From the IMG/VR virus record IMGVR_UViG_3300023181_000002, positions 35,883 through 99,882 of that record: 64,000 nucleotides of DNA. One strand, given 5' to 3'. This DNA comes from a virus. A program made the translations under genes and the position numbers. The notes below the pieces were generated by a model. It saw nothing but the letters and a program-made list of their open reading frames with translations. It was not told the origin of the DNA and ran no database searches. This document shows, in pieces, positions 28,770 through 39,508 of the stretch; within the stretch, counting starts at the first letter, position 1; every line of letters starts with the position of its first letter.

Positions 28770-31700
28770 CTAATCGTATAAATATTCAGGCACTTCTTCC
28801 TCTTCACCGCCATTCTCTTCGAGATACTGATTCTCGTCACCTTCCGGAGATTCCAATGTAATATCTTCTTCTTTAAGACCCTTCGCTGTAGGCTTCTCGT
28901 TTAAACGCTTCACTAAAGGGTTAATCCATGTCTTTGGAGCTAAACCGCTTGTGCCTACTAATTTCGAAGTGTTGTTAATCCAGTCATAAATTGTTTTATC
29001 AACTTCCTTTTCAGTTTGACCATCCCACTGATTGATCAATTGAATGGTTTCTCCTGCGGTCTTAAGAAGCTGATCAATCGTATCAGCGCCGGGAACTTCC
29101 AAGATACCGTCTGCCCATGGTTCGTTGTCAATGTTCGATATAATGGTTTGCAATAACTCAGAAGCAAACCCTGGTGCTAAACCAAGCGCGTAACGGGCAT
29201 AATCAAAGCCAAACTTATCTCTCCAGTAATTCTTATCTTTATCATCGTCTCCGTTTAACGCAGCTCTGAATAGCCCTACAGCAACGTTTGTAGAAGCCAT
29301 CCATAAAGGGTTGATAATGGCATTTGAAACCAACGATCCCTTAAGGCGTGATAATAAGATTGCTTTCTCTTCTGGCGTAACCTTATCCTTGTATTTGTAA
29401 TACTCAATAGCAGATCCTGCAAGTTGATTCCATAGCTTCTGCGTTTGCCCTGAATACATCGTGACAAGACGTGTGGCGAAATTAGGATTACGCTGCGTCA
29501 TGGTCAAATCGGCAGGGTCGCTCATCTGGTTTGTCAGATAAAGCGTTTCTGTGACTTTACTTGCAATCAGGTCTGCCTGCTGTTCTGGGGTTAAAGAAGA
29601 ATGATCTTCAGCGACTTCCTTCTTAGCGGCCAAATAATAAGCGATAATCACAGCACGGTCCAATCGTCTGATGTTCGCCATGCCATATTCCTCATTAAAG
29701 GAATCAATCTTATTATAAAGCTGCTTCGCCCATGCTTTCCCTTTGGAGGTGAACTTTAAATCACCAATGCCTTGCGTATCCGTGTACTGATTTTGCCCAT
29801 AAACGAGACGCTGTATCACGGTTGCATAACGCTCTTCATGTTTCTCTTTTTCAGCCGGATCAGTGATATCCTGTCCGAGTATCTCCTTTATATAAGCAGC
29901 TTCTGTAGTATCAGTTCCTAGAGCCGTTTTGAATCCTTCGCCGGTTGTTTCTATCAAAGTTCCTCCTGCGGTACGATCTATCGTAGAACCCCCTGCGGAC
30001 ATCTTTAAAAGTGGTCCTAATACATCTGCCGAAAATAGATTCTTATTCTTGATATAACCAAGTCCCAAAGCGGAAGCCATCGTACCAAGCTGCTTTGTAG
30101 AGATGCCGATATTGCTACGGAATGTATTCGCAGTGTATTTTACCATCAACGTTACCAATGGTTTAATACTATCCTGCCCTTTGGAAGATTCAAACTGCTG
30201 CTGACGGTAGCTTTGAAGATTTTTTATGGTATCGTTTAATATCTCAGTGATTTCTCCCTTATTTTCGCCATCATAATCAGAAGTCACCGCATTCTGTAAA
30301 CTTTTCAGGTTGTGCACAAGCTTCGTGCTTCCCAAGATATGCCCTACAGATTCTTTATAAGAGTCAAAGCTGTCAAGAATATCCTCTGCATACACAGCAT
30401 CCGGACGCGCGGTGCGTTCTTGTAATTGTCTGCTGTCTTCCAGATCAGGAGAGAATGAATTGACCTTGTCCTGAGCACTTATCCCTTTAACGGATTGCAC
30501 CGGGGAATAGTCGGGTATTACTTTAAACGGCTTGCCTGGATTAATTGCTTCATTTTCTTTATTAAGAAGCTCTCTTACTTTGGCATCGTTAAAAGTGTTC
30601 TTTATCTTCTTAAACCCTTCACGGAAATCAGCCGGCCCGGAGTTCGTTACGAAATCTTCCAAACGATCCATTTCATCCTGCGTAAACAAGCCATACTGCT
30701 GCGCGGTTTTCAGGAGCTGTAAATCTCCTTTAGCATCCGCTTCCATTGCGACATCTTTTTTGAAATGCACGCCTTTATAAACAGACCCTACTGTTTCCTT
30801 ATCATTAAAGAATAGTTTCGGATCATCAGGATCAACGTCGTAAAAACTATCTACAACAAGCGAAGTGTGATCTTCAGTGTATTCAGTGCCGGCAGAATCT
30901 TTCACCTTTCTTACGGTATATTCCGGTCCCATACTGCGCTGTGATTGATGCGTTGCGACCAAATTGGCAATCGTTCCCAATGGAAGCAAAACATTCCTCA
31001 CTACCGACTTCTGGGTAGCGCGATCCCACTGAATCATCTGTACAGGAAGTTTCTCAACAGTATCAATCGTACGGCTTCCTCTATGGGTAGAATACGGGCC
31101 TAAATCTCTTCGGGCAGGTTCGTAGCCACGCCCCATGATATTCAAGGCACGGTTACGGACATTAGATGCTTCGCGTTTTACATCACGAATAACTGATTTT
31201 AATACCCGGTCAAATCCATCAATACCCTGTACAAGCGTTTCAAGGTTATTAAGCCTCTTGAAAGAAGACTGAATCAGCCAGTGGTTTACCTTGTAAGCGG
31301 CATTCCCGTCTACACGCTGTTTTTCCAAAAAGTCTGCTGATTCCTGAATTCCTTTTACAATCCTGTTCGGAGCACCTTTCTTACCCTGTAAAGGCATAAT
31401 GATCATCTCATTATTTTGTCCCGGAAGAAAGTATGAGTCATTCTCTTTAGAGATGTCTCTTGACCAATTCTCGTCAGTTTTTACTCCATTCACTTCACTT
31501 GCACCAAGATACTTCCATCCGTATTTCTTTTGGGTATTCGCGATAAAAGTCTTCTGTGCTCCGGTTAAATCTGAAGCGAGTACACCAAACACGCCTGCAC
31601 TTTCAAGTTCTACTTTCGCTTTATCCTGAAGCTCCTGATGTGTTCCGATTTGTTCCCCCGGCGCAGGTGCTCCGAAAGAGAAAAGAATATTGGTGTTTAT

Positions 31701-34700
31701 CTCTGATTTAGGGACTGTATAGATTCGTTTCGTCTTATCACCACGTATTTTATAAGAATCACCTTCTTCACCTTCAATCGTGCCACGCATAGGAGTTCCT
31801 GCCTGATCAAAGGTTATTTGTTGACCAATCGCTTCTGAAGGCTTAATACTTGGTTTATCCCATGAAATAGCCGCCTGTTCTTGTTTATCCAGTTCCTGTA
31901 TAATTTCAGGAGCCAACTCTTCCTCGACAGGCGTTTCAATAGCCTGCTCTTGTGAAGGATTCAGTATCGCATTGATCTCTTCGCTACTTATGCCTGAAAT
32001 TTCTTTTCCTCCCAGTATATCAGCAGCAACTTTTGAAGCGAACTGATCCATCTCCATATTGCTAAGTTGTTCAGGTGTTAACGTTTCAATAGCAGGAACA
32101 TTAGCAAAATATTCTTTAATACGTCCAAATACTTCTTTCACCCAATTCTTGAAATCAGCCTTACGGGTATTACCCACAAAAGATTCTCCATTGTTACCGA
32201 TTGCTCTGGCAAGGGCTTCCTCTTGCTGTGCCTGCTCTGGTAGTTTACTATAATTAGGATCACGCTTAACAGATTTTAAATAGCCGCTATTCGATAGTAA
32301 AGCAATTCCCCTGTCATATAATGCCTGATCGTTTTGGCGTGCCCATAGCGTCCATATATGCCCAAACTCATGAAGAGGCGTATTCGGATCAGATTCTATC
32401 GTTTGCGGATTTAAATATACTTGTCCTTCACGGATAAATCCTGTCGGGGCTTTCGCTGAGATAGGCAACCCCGCAGCATTCATAAACTCTTTCAGGTTCA
32501 CCGGGATAACAACATCCACATTAGGGAACGCTTTAGAAATTTGCTTGATAACATTTCCTACGATACCTGGCGCTACTACTGGTAGCTCTGATACCGTTTC
32601 TGCTGCCGGCGCTGTACTCTGGTCGCCTCCGCTGCTGTCTCCGGCAGTCTCGTTAATGATAGGGTCAAGTTTTCTGAGGACTTCCTGTAACTGTCCGTCA
32701 ACTGATCCAATCTGTTCACTGACGCTGTCAAGTTGTCCAATAAGCTCTGTGATAGATTCGTCTGTTTCTTCGCTTGGGATAACCTCCTCTGCGACTTGTT
32801 CAACAGATCCAGCGACAGGCTGTACCGGTTCTGTGTTGTTTTGAGCAGATTCGAGAGCGCTTGCGAGTTGTGCCTGCGCAGCGTATTGTTGTTTGACTGA
32901 ACGTGATTTTCGGGTATTGCGGCGAGTTCCTTCGCTGACAGGATTTTCATTGGTGCCTTGTGTTATAGGTTGTATATTCTCTGCATTTAAAATATCTTGA
33001 TCAGTTATCTCGTTGGCAAGTGCCGTACCTCCAAATCCTTTCTCTGCTGTGTTCAACTCTATCAAAGGATCGATATAAAACAAATTCCCATCTTTATCAA
33101 TCAAGGCATTATCCCTTTCATTGATATCCGACAAAAGAAAGTCTCCGAGAGCATAGTGCTCTTTACCAACAGACTCGAATCCAAGCTTTTTCATGCTATC
33201 CTGAATATCCTTCAAGGAAGCGGAAAACTTAGCCTGGACTAAAGGCTGTTTAACAATCGCCGAAAATTGCCCCCTTTTATTTCTTCCGAATCCCTCAAGC
33301 TCGTACTTCGTCTCAGGGAACAAATAATTGTGCATGGCAATCCTGTCAAAGAAAGTCAGGATATCTTTGTGCGAAGCCAGGTTGTTTACCTTTAAAAGAG
33401 ACTTTCTATCAGGTGTATAATACACAGAGGACTCAAAGCCCTTACCGTAATATTCTCCCAATTCCTTGTCAGGATTTTCATACCAGATGCCTTCTTCTTT
33501 AGCATACGCTTCTAGGTCGCGCTCTTGCTTGAGTCTACTTTCGTTTTGAGTGCTTTCATCTGTGCTGTCAAAGCCTCTTGCGATAAGGGATGCTTCAACA
33601 TTTCGGATACCGCCTTCTGCGCGGCCAGACTCGATTTCCGGTGATAATCGTTGAGGTAACGATTGTCCTTCGATGCTTGCTTTTGCATAATCTTTTATAT
33701 TTTGTATACTAACAGCACTTTCTGTGTTGGTGTCAGAATTTTGTGCTGTTTCTATCGGGGCATTATTTTCTATAGGAGCAGCTTCTTGAGCTTGATTTAC
33801 AGGCGCTTCCTCTATAGGTGCTACTACTGGTGGCTCTGGTCTTAATTCTGGTGCCTGCTGATAGGATTTCTCACTGGCAAGCGTATTAAGATCATTCTCT
33901 ATCGCGGCCACAACATCATCGATCTGAGCCAGAGTATAAGCTCTGCCAGAAGCCTTTCTTTTGTTTTGCCACAATTTACGTGTAGCCGTTAACTCAGAAA
34001 TTGCTTTGTCAATTCTTTTCACAGGTACAGTTGTATCACCGCCTTCTATATCCAATATCGTATCGATACTGTCATTGGAAGGAGTATATACATCAGCAAC
34101 TGCTGCCGGAATATTCAGCTCTTTTTGTTTCGCTAAAATAGTTTGCTCGAAAGGGTCAACTCTTTTTCCGTTCACACTCGGCAAAAATCCTACTACATTC
34201 TGAAAGTCTTCTTCCGAAAGCACAGGTACGGATGGTGTTGTTGATTTTTGATCCTGAGCGATAATTTGAGTGTAAAAATCATATGCCTTTGTCACGCGGT
34301 CCGAGATCGCATCATACACAGAAGGATTTGTATTCAAAGTCTGTGCCGCCTGCGCAGTAACCCCTATAAGATCAGCCGCATCCTGACGGTAATCAAAAGG
34401 CGATGTTGCCGCCGCAGAAGCATGCGCTGTCTGGTTATTAGCAATATTAGCCGCAGCCTGCGCATAGTTCTGATAATTACTGATCGGCACGTACTGCTTC
34501 TCAAAGCGCTGTATTGGTTTGTATTTACCTTTATCAAGTTGTGAAACGATATCAGTTGCTGGCTGTACAGGAATTGTGTTTACCTGGCGAATAGCCGTTG
34601 ATTCATTATCTCTGACAATAAGCGAACCATCAGGCAATACTGTTTCCGTATCTGGAGAAAAATCCTGGTCAGGGAATAGGTTACTATTCAAAAATGATCT

Positions 34701-36656
34701 ACCCATTCCCTTACGCGTATCATCCTGACTGGTGATTTCTGGTAATGCCTGCTGAAAGAGTGCTTCTGTTTGTTGCGACTGATTGTTAATATCCTCCATC
34801 GCAAGATATTCTCCTGTCTGTGGATTCTTATCACCTAGCTGCTGTTCGATTGTTGCTTTCTGCGCTTCCAGCTTTGTAGCGGCAAGAGAATTGCCTTCAG
34901 ACTTTGCCTGATCAGCTTGCGCCTGTAATTGATCTACTTGCTGTTTCGCTCCTTCGAACTGTGTTTTCGCTGCCTGGATATTGTTACGCGTATCTGTGAT
35001 GTTAAACATCGATAACCGGTCCTGCGCGTCAAGATTCGGCATATCTTTAAACTCGTAGAAAGAGTCGTATAGCAGATCCGCCTTCTTCGCTACATTCTCA
35101 AGCTTTTGCTGATCAAGCTGCCCATTCGCATCATTAAACTGCCCATTCTGTGTTGCCACATCAAGGAGCGATTTAACGCGTGCATTAGTTTTAAGCTCTT
35201 CAATAGTCGCATTGGGATTGTTTTTAAGCTGCTCTTTGATGTCAGCATTCACAAAGGCACCCAATGTTTCGTGCATCTCTTTGGAGTTTGGCGCGAACGA
35301 GCCTATCGTCCCTCCAAGGAAACCTCCTAAAAGAGCACCATAAGTAGCATCTTCTAAAGTTTTATACGCATCCGTTTGGAATTCACCATTACCGGGAGAA
35401 GTTTGAGCGTCTCCCATTAAGTTGTTGTAGCCTCGCTGTGCGCCATAACTCGCCCACTCCTGAGCAAATTCTGTTGCTGCTTCAGGAAGCGCTCCTTTAG
35501 CGAACTTTCTTCCAAGATTTCCGACTTGCTTTTTAAGTACAGCCATTGAGCCTTGATTAGAAAGCTCGGCGACAGACTCTTTAAAGGTTTTTTCTACTAC
35601 GTCATTGAATAGTTCTTTCGTGATGCCTTTTGAAGCGAGATCAGAAATAGCCTGAGCGCTCTTATCTTTTACAACACGCTTAATAACTTCTTTACCGGCA
35701 TTGCCTTTCAAAGCATTTAATATACCTGCTTCACCCGCAAGTTCCAATGCTGATTGAACCAGGCTTGTACCCGTAGCATATAAAGTAGCTTCAGTACCTT
35801 TTAAACCTGCATCATGCGCATCATCCTGATTGCCACCATACATCTGCGCGAAAGACATTAAAAAAGAAGCCTTCTTTGTAGGAGCTAAAATTGAAACAAG
35901 GCTACCTACGCCTGAGCCTACACCCGCAAGCCATTTGTTTGCATCCGCAGCCTGGCTTAAATCTATCTCAATATGACCATCCGTGCCAGTTTTAAAACTG
36001 ACAGGATTTTGCTTTGTCGTTTCGTCTATCTCTACCCCAGCTTTTGAAAAGCCTTTGTCAATACTCTTTTTAATACCATCATACTGTTGACGGTAAATTT
36101 GAGCATCGGCAATATCTTTCGAGCTTGCCCAAGGCAATTTTGCCTTTAAGTCGAGAGATAATTGATTGGTGTCATTTAAGAAATCTGCCGTTCCTTCCGC
36201 AAGTCCTAGTACTGAATTCCACACAGAACCCATTAAAGCAGTCGTACCGCTTACCCGCTGTACAGGAGGCTTATTAGGTTGATCGATTTGTTGTACCTGC
36301 GGGGCAGCACCCGTTGCAGGTGTCACATCTGGAGAAGCAATATTCTGAGCACGTTGCTCTCTTCGGGATTGAACCTCTGACTGGCGTGCCGCTTTAGCAC
36401 TCGCTGCATTTTCTAAAAGCTTTGTATAACGTGAAGTTTGTCCGATGGTATCAAAAGCAGTAAAAGCCTGCGTAATGGCTTTCTCTTTCGCTTCACCTCC
36501 CTGTGCGATATACCCGTTCAATTGAGACTGCCACGCAATCGGATCGCGTCCGCTATCAACAAGCGCCTGCCTGTAAGAGTCAGGAAGCGTAACAGATTTA
36601 ATATCTGCAAAATAATCCAATGGCTTAACTTCGGTGGTCGGCTGCTGTTTTGCCAT
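28770..36656 (-). CDS. large ejected polyvalent protein (kinase + zincin metallopeptidase domains)
   Basis: EAATEFAQE/GALLGG cargo region; kinase GKGFESSVY..K..HNYLFPET.Y..QP..D..N..IDP (~33050-33500); GF..G.VYLN..TPLHEFGH.W..EEALA (~32200-32440). Confidence 0.8.
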   Translation of the reverse strand: MAKQQPTTEVKPLDYFADIKSVTLPDSYRQALVDSGRDPIAWQSQLNGYIAQGGEAKEKAITQAFTAFDTIGQTSRYTKLLENAASAKAARQSEVQSRREQRAQNIASPDVTPATGAAPQVQQIDQPNKPPVQRVSGTTALMGSVWNSVLGLAEGTADFLNDTNQLSLDLKAKLPWASSKDIADAQIYRQQYDGIKKSIDKGFSKAGVEIDETTKQNPVSFKTGTDGHIEIDLSQAADANKWLAGVGSGVGSLVSILAPTKKASFLMSFAQMYGGNQDDAHDAGLKGTEATLYATGTSLVQSALELAGEAGILNALKGNAGKEVIKRVVKDKSAQAISDLASKGITKELFNDVVEKTFKESVAELSNQGSMAVLKKQVGNLGRKFAKGALPEAATEFAQEWASYGAQRGYNNLMGDAQTSPGNGEFQTDAYKTLEDATYGALLGGFLGGTIGSFAPNSKEMHETLGAFVNADIKEQLKNNPNATIEELKTNARVKSLLDVATQNGQFNDANGQLDQQKLENVAKKADLLYDSFYEFKDMPNLDAQDRLSMFNITDTRNNIQAAKTQFEGAKQQVDQLQAQADQAKSEGNSLAATKLEAQKATIEQQLGDKNPQTGEYLAMEDINNQSQQTEALFQQALPEITSQDDTRKGMGRSFLNSNLFPDQDFSPDTETVLPDGSLIVRDNESTAIRQVNTIPVQPATDIVSQLDKGKYKPIQRFEKQYVPISNYQNYAQAAANIANNQTAHASAAATSPFDYRQDAADLIGVTAQAAQTLNTNPSVYDAISDRVTKAYDFYTQIIAQDQKSTTPSVPVLSEEDFQNVVGFLPSVNGKRVDPFEQTILAKQKELNIPAAVADVYTPSNDSIDTILDIEGGDTTVPVKRIDKAISELTATRKLWQNKRKASGRAYTLAQIDDVVAAIENDLNTLASEKSYQQAPELRPEPPVVAPIEEAPVNQAQEAAPIENNAPIETAQNSDTNTESAVSIQNIKDYAKASIEGQSLPQRLSPEIESGRAEGGIRNVEASLIARGFDSTDESTQNESRLKQERDLEAYAKEEGIWYENPDKELGEYYGKGFESSVYYTPDRKSLLKVNNLASHKDILTFFDRIAMHNYLFPETKYELEGFGRNKRGQFSAIVKQPLVQAKFSASLKDIQDSMKKLGFESVGKEHYALGDFLLSDINERDNALIDKDGNLFYIDPLIELNTAEKGFGGTALANEITDQDILNAENIQPITQGTNENPVSEGTRRNTRKSRSVKQQYAAQAQLASALESAQNNTEPVQPVAGSVEQVAEEVIPSEETDESITELIGQLDSVSEQIGSVDGQLQEVLRKLDPIINETAGDSSGGDQSTAPAAETVSELPVVAPGIVGNVIKQISKAFPNVDVVIPVNLKEFMNAAGLPISAKAPTGFIREGQVYLNPQTIESDPNTPLHEFGHIWTLWARQNDQALYDRGIALLSNSGYLKSVKRDPNYSKLPEQAQQEEALARAIGNNGESFVGNTRKADFKNWVKEVFGRIKEYFANVPAIETLTPEQLSNMEMDQFASKVAADILGGKEISGISSEEINAILNPSQEQAIETPVEEELAPEIIQELDKQEQAAISWDKPSIKPSEAIGQQITFDQAGTPMRGTIEGEEGDSYKIRGDKTKRIYTVPKSEINTNILFSFGAPAPGEQIGTHQELQDKAKVELESAGVFGVLASDLTGAQKTFIANTQKKYGWKYLGASEVNGVKTDENWSRDISKENDSYFLPGQNNEMIIMPLQGKKGAPNRIVKGIQESADFLEKQRVDGNAAYKVNHWLIQSSFKRLNNLETLVQGIDGFDRVLKSVIRDVKREASNVRNRALNIMGRGYEPARRDLGPYSTHRGSRTIDTVEKLPVQMIQWDRATQKSVVRNVLLPLGTIANLVATHQSQRSMGPEYTVRKVKDSAGTEYTEDHTSLVVDSFYDVDPDDPKLFFNDKETVGSVYKGVHFKKDVAMEADAKGDLQLLKTAQQYGLFTQDEMDRLEDFVTNSGPADFREGFKKIKNTFNDAKVRELLNKENEAINPGKPFKVIPDYSPVQSVKGISAQDKVNSFSPDLEDSRQLQERTARPDAVYAEDILDSFDSYKESVGHILGSTKLVHNLKSLQNAVTSDYDGENKGEITEILNDTIKNLQSYRQQQFESSKGQDSIKPLVTLMVKYTANTFRSNIGISTKQLGTMASALGLGYIKNKNLFSADVLGPLLKMSAGGSTIDRTAGGTLIETTGEGFKTALGTDTTEAAYIKEILGQDITDPAEKEKHEERYATVIQRLVYGQNQYTDTQGIGDLKFTSKGKAWAKQLYNKIDSFNEEYGMANIRRLDRAVIIAYYLAAKKEVAEDHSSLTPEQQADLIASKVTETLYLTNQMSDPADLTMTQRNPNFATRLVTMYSGQTQKLWNQLAGSAIEYYKYKDKVTPEEKAILLSRLKGSLVSNAIINPLWMASTNVAVGLFRAALNGDDDKDKNYWRDKFGFDYARYALGLAPGFASELLQTIISNIDNEPWADGILEVPGADTIDQLLKTAGETIQLINQWDGQTEKEVDKTIYDWINNTSKLVGTSGLAPKTWINPLVKRLNEKPTAKGLKEEDITLESPEGDENQYLEENGGEEEEVPEYLYD

Positions 36657-36705
36657 GGTTACAACAATTTAAACAAATAATTATTTTTCTTTAAAATATA
36701 TTTCA

Positions 36706-36713
36706 TATATTTG
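36706..36713 (+). promoter_or_regulatory. Bacteroidota -7 element TATATTTG, near-leaderless tnpB
   Basis: 4 nt upstream of ATG 36718. Confidence 0.55.
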
Positions 36714-36717
36714 TGCT

Positions 36718-37884
36718 ATGATTTTAAAGGCATTCAAATATAGGCTTAATCCAACTAAAGAGCAATCTATTTTAATAGATAAGCATATTGGATCATGTCG
36801 GTTTGTTTATAATTTAGCTCTCGAAACTAAGCAAATAGCTTATGCAGGAAGCCAAATAAACCTATCCTGTTTTGACTTAATGAAGCAATTGCCTGACTTG
36901 AAAAAAGAATGCGAATGGTTGAAAGAAGTAAATAGTCAATCATTACAAGCATCAATTACAAACTTAGACAATGCCTACACTAATTTTTTCAAAGGTCAAT
37001 CTAACTTTCCTAAATTCAAATCAAAAAATAAAAGCACTCAAAGTTTCAATGTACCTCAAAGTATTACCCTAGAAAATGGGAGGCTAATTATCCCAAAGTT
37101 CAAAAAAGGCATTAGTGTTGTTCAACATAGAGCTTTTGAAGGGAAAATCAAACAAGCAACACTTTCAAAAACTCCTACCGGCAAATACTTTGCGTCTATT
37201 TTAGTTGAAATAGCTGACAATATTATAACTAAAAAGCTAATCACAAAAGAAAATACTATTGGTGTTGATTTAGGTATTAAGCACTTTTTAATAACCTCAA
37301 ATGGCAAGAAAGTTGCAAATCCAAGATTTTTAAAAAATTCATTATCTAAGCTAAAATATACTCAAAAAAAATATTCAAATAAAAAAGGTAAACAAAAAAA
37401 ACATAAACTTCAAAAACTCCATGAAAAAGTAGTAAATCAAAGAAAGGACTTTTTACATAAAGTTTCAAGTGATTTAGTCAAGAACCACGACACGATTGCA
37501 TTAGAGACGTTGAAAGTAAAAAACATGATTAAAAACCATAATTTAGCACAGGCAATTTCAGACGTTTCTTGGGGAACATTTGTAACAATGCTCGAATATA
37601 AAGCTAATTGGTACGGAACAAATATTATAAGAATTGGCACATTTGAGCCCTCTTCTAAGACTTGCTCTGACTGTGGTATAATAAATAAAGAACTAAAACT
37701 TTCTGATCGTGAATGGAGTTGCAAAAAATGCAATACAACTCACGATAGAGATATAAATGCAAGTATCAATATTAAAAACTTTGCATTAAGAAATTCGTGT
37801 ACGGAACATACACATAAAAATCGTAAAGAACTGCCAACATTGGTTGGAGTATTGACTTACGAAACCACTATTCATTTAGAGTAG
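36718..37884 (+). CDS. tnpB: RNA-guided endonuclease TnpB
   Basis: KAFKYRLNP, GVDLG, ALETL, CSDC/CKKC, HDRDINA; D-E-D triad intact. Confidence 0.95.
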   Translation: MILKAFKYRLNPTKEQSILIDKHIGSCRFVYNLALETKQIAYAGSQINLSCFDLMKQLPDLKKECEWLKEVNSQSLQASITNLDNAYTNFFKGQSNFPKFKSKNKSTQSFNVPQSITLENGRLIIPKFKKGISVVQHRAFEGKIKQATLSKTPTGKYFASILVEIADNIITKKLITKENTIGVDLGIKHFLITSNGKKVANPRFLKNSLSKLKYTQKKYSNKKGKQKKHKLQKLHEKVVNQRKDFLHKVSSDLVKNHDTIALETLKVKNMIKNHNLAQAISDVSWGTFVTMLEYKANWYGTNIIRIGTFEPSSKTCSDCGIINKELKLSDREWSCKKCNTTHDRDINASINIKNFALRNSCTEHTHKNRKELPTLVGVLTYETTIHLE

Positions 37885-37891
37885 TGGTAGT

Positions 37892-39508
37892 TCACTGATT
37901 AACTTTAGGTTGTGGTACCCAATCAAACACGGCATTCTGTTTCGCCGTAGCCTGATCAAAAATTTCATTCGCCGCTTTTTGTCCGGATAAAGTCTTCGTT
38001 GCCATTTGATCTGTCAAGGGATCATTGAAAAGATTTGTAACAGGGACATATCCTTTAAATACATATCCTTTTACTTCTTTCGAAGGAGATTTCCCGGTAG
38101 CCTTTGTTTTATAAATAGTCTTCAGCTCCTTACCCTGCACAGAGAATCCTGGAGTATTTTTACTTTTGTTAGCCTGATCTTCTGTAACGAATGCTTCAAA
38201 GTATTTCCATCCTCTATCAGGTAAAGTAGCACCTTTCATTAATCTACCCGTTTCAGCGGCTCCATCTGTGTAAATATAATTATCACTCTTCGATATGGTA
38301 TGAGGCACATCAGCAAGGTTGATAAAAGAACCATTGCCACTTGTATCAAGAATTCCCGGCAGAGTGCCAGAGAAAGCTTTCTTACCTTTAATTTCTTTCT
38401 CAGTGACACCCAATGAGCTATTAGCATATTTATCAGCTAAAGCGTTATCAAAGCGGTTAAACACGAGAGCCGGCTTACCTGCTACCGTAGTAGTTAACCC
38501 CGAAACAGGAATACCCAGTTGAGGAATCACCGTTGCGCCACCTGTTTGAGGATTATATGTTGCAGCGGCAGAACTTGCCAAAGGATTCGCCAAAGTTCTT
38601 TCAAAGTAACTTCTTCCTGAATTATCTGCTTTATTTTTTTCTTTTAAAGAATCTGCCAATGCTTTCTGCGCTTGAGCATTATTCTCGCTAATTTGAGAAC
38701 GCGTCAACTGCATACCCAATTTCTGGTCAGCCACTTTCAAATTGAAAAGTGTCTGATCTTCTATCGGATCTGTTTTATAGAAAACTTTTCTCCCCGCAAG
38801 ACTCTTTTGATAGTAATCTCTGCCGGCGTTCGCACCAAGCTCCTGCATCGCATAAGCCGCTTTCTCTTCATCTGTTACCGCCTGCCGCACAAACTTGCTT
38901 CCTCCAGGCGCGTACTGCTTGCCGAAATACTCAGCGGCATTCACCTTGGTTGGATCGTAAGAACCATTGAAGTTAACCCGGTCCGTTAATCCATTCTGGT
39001 AATCAAGTATCGCCTGCTGCGCTGATTTATACTTCCCGTCAGGGGTGAACTCTCCTACAAGCTCCTGCTGCTTATTCATCGCGTCACGGATAGCCTCCAT
39101 CTGCGCTTTGTTACTTTGTGCTTGAATGAAAACAGGAGAATTTAAGAGATTGTTCTTTAATTGGGTTAACGCGATATTGCCTTCCGTTTCGAAGAACTTA
39201 CGCGCGTTGCCTTGGTAATTTTTGTCTATATTCTTGATTATATCACTCAGTTGGCTATCTACAAACCCCGCCACTTTAATTTTATCAGGTGCCTCCAGAG
39301 GCATCGCGCGGACCTGATTCACAAAGTCCATTTGACCTTGCACCGCAGCCTGCGATTCCTGTGCATCCTGACGCGCTCTTGCTTCAAGGATATTTCCGTA
39401 TTGAAGCTCCTGCTGTTTCTGCTGCTCACGCGCTGCCCAGTTAGCCCGAGGCTTTAAAGCGACAGCTAAATCAGAAGCACTGTTATTAAAGTAACCTGAG
39501 ATGGGCAT
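37892..39508 (-). CDS. ejected cargo protein
   Basis: Q/A-rich helical protein between cargo genes. Confidence 0.6.
   Translation of the reverse strand: MPISGYFNNSASDLAVALKPRANWAAREQQKQQELQYGNILEARARQDAQESQAAVQGQMDFVNQVRAMPLEAPDKIKVAGFVDSQLSDIIKNIDKNYQGNARKFFETEGNIALTQLKNNLLNSPVFIQAQSNKAQMEAIRDAMNKQQELVGEFTPDGKYKSAQQAILDYQNGLTDRVNFNGSYDPTKVNAAEYFGKQYAPGGSKFVRQAVTDEEKAAYAMQELGANAGRDYYQKSLAGRKVFYKTDPIEDQTLFNLKVADQKLGMQLTRSQISENNAQAQKALADSLKEKNKADNSGRSYFERTLANPLASSAAATYNPQTGGATVIPQLGIPVSGLTTTVAGKPALVFNRFDNALADKYANSSLGVTEKEIKGKKAFSGTLPGILDTSGNGSFINLADVPHTISKSDNYIYTDGAAETGRLMKGATLPDRGWKYFEAFVTEDQANKSKNTPGFSVQGKELKTIYKTKATGKSPSKEVKGYVFKGYVPVTNLFNDPLTDQMATKTLSGQKAANEIFDQATAKQNAVFDWVPQPKVNQ

Larger units (their letters stand above)
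36673..37895 (+). mobile_element. tnpA-less IS200/IS605-type element (TnpB + omegaRNA)
   Basis: TTTAA at 36668-36672; right-end hairpin ending GTAGTTCAC at 37895; AT-rich, antisense to neighbours. Confidence 0.7.

Noticed and set aside
30822-30845. YDVDPD as an RNA polymerase DxDxD motif
   Set aside because: Context does not resemble NADFDGD/DFDID; acidic stretch likely by chance
31809-31824. Partial match to the TnpB-2 guide (AAGGTTATTTGTTGA)
   Set aside because: Mismatch at the first guide base and internally, no matching TAM; compatible with chance
36654-36660. AACC-ATG starts (2337, 36656, 50694, 61976) counted as GAACCAY sites
   Set aside because: Explicable by the general Bacteroidota preference for A at -3, so excluded from the count
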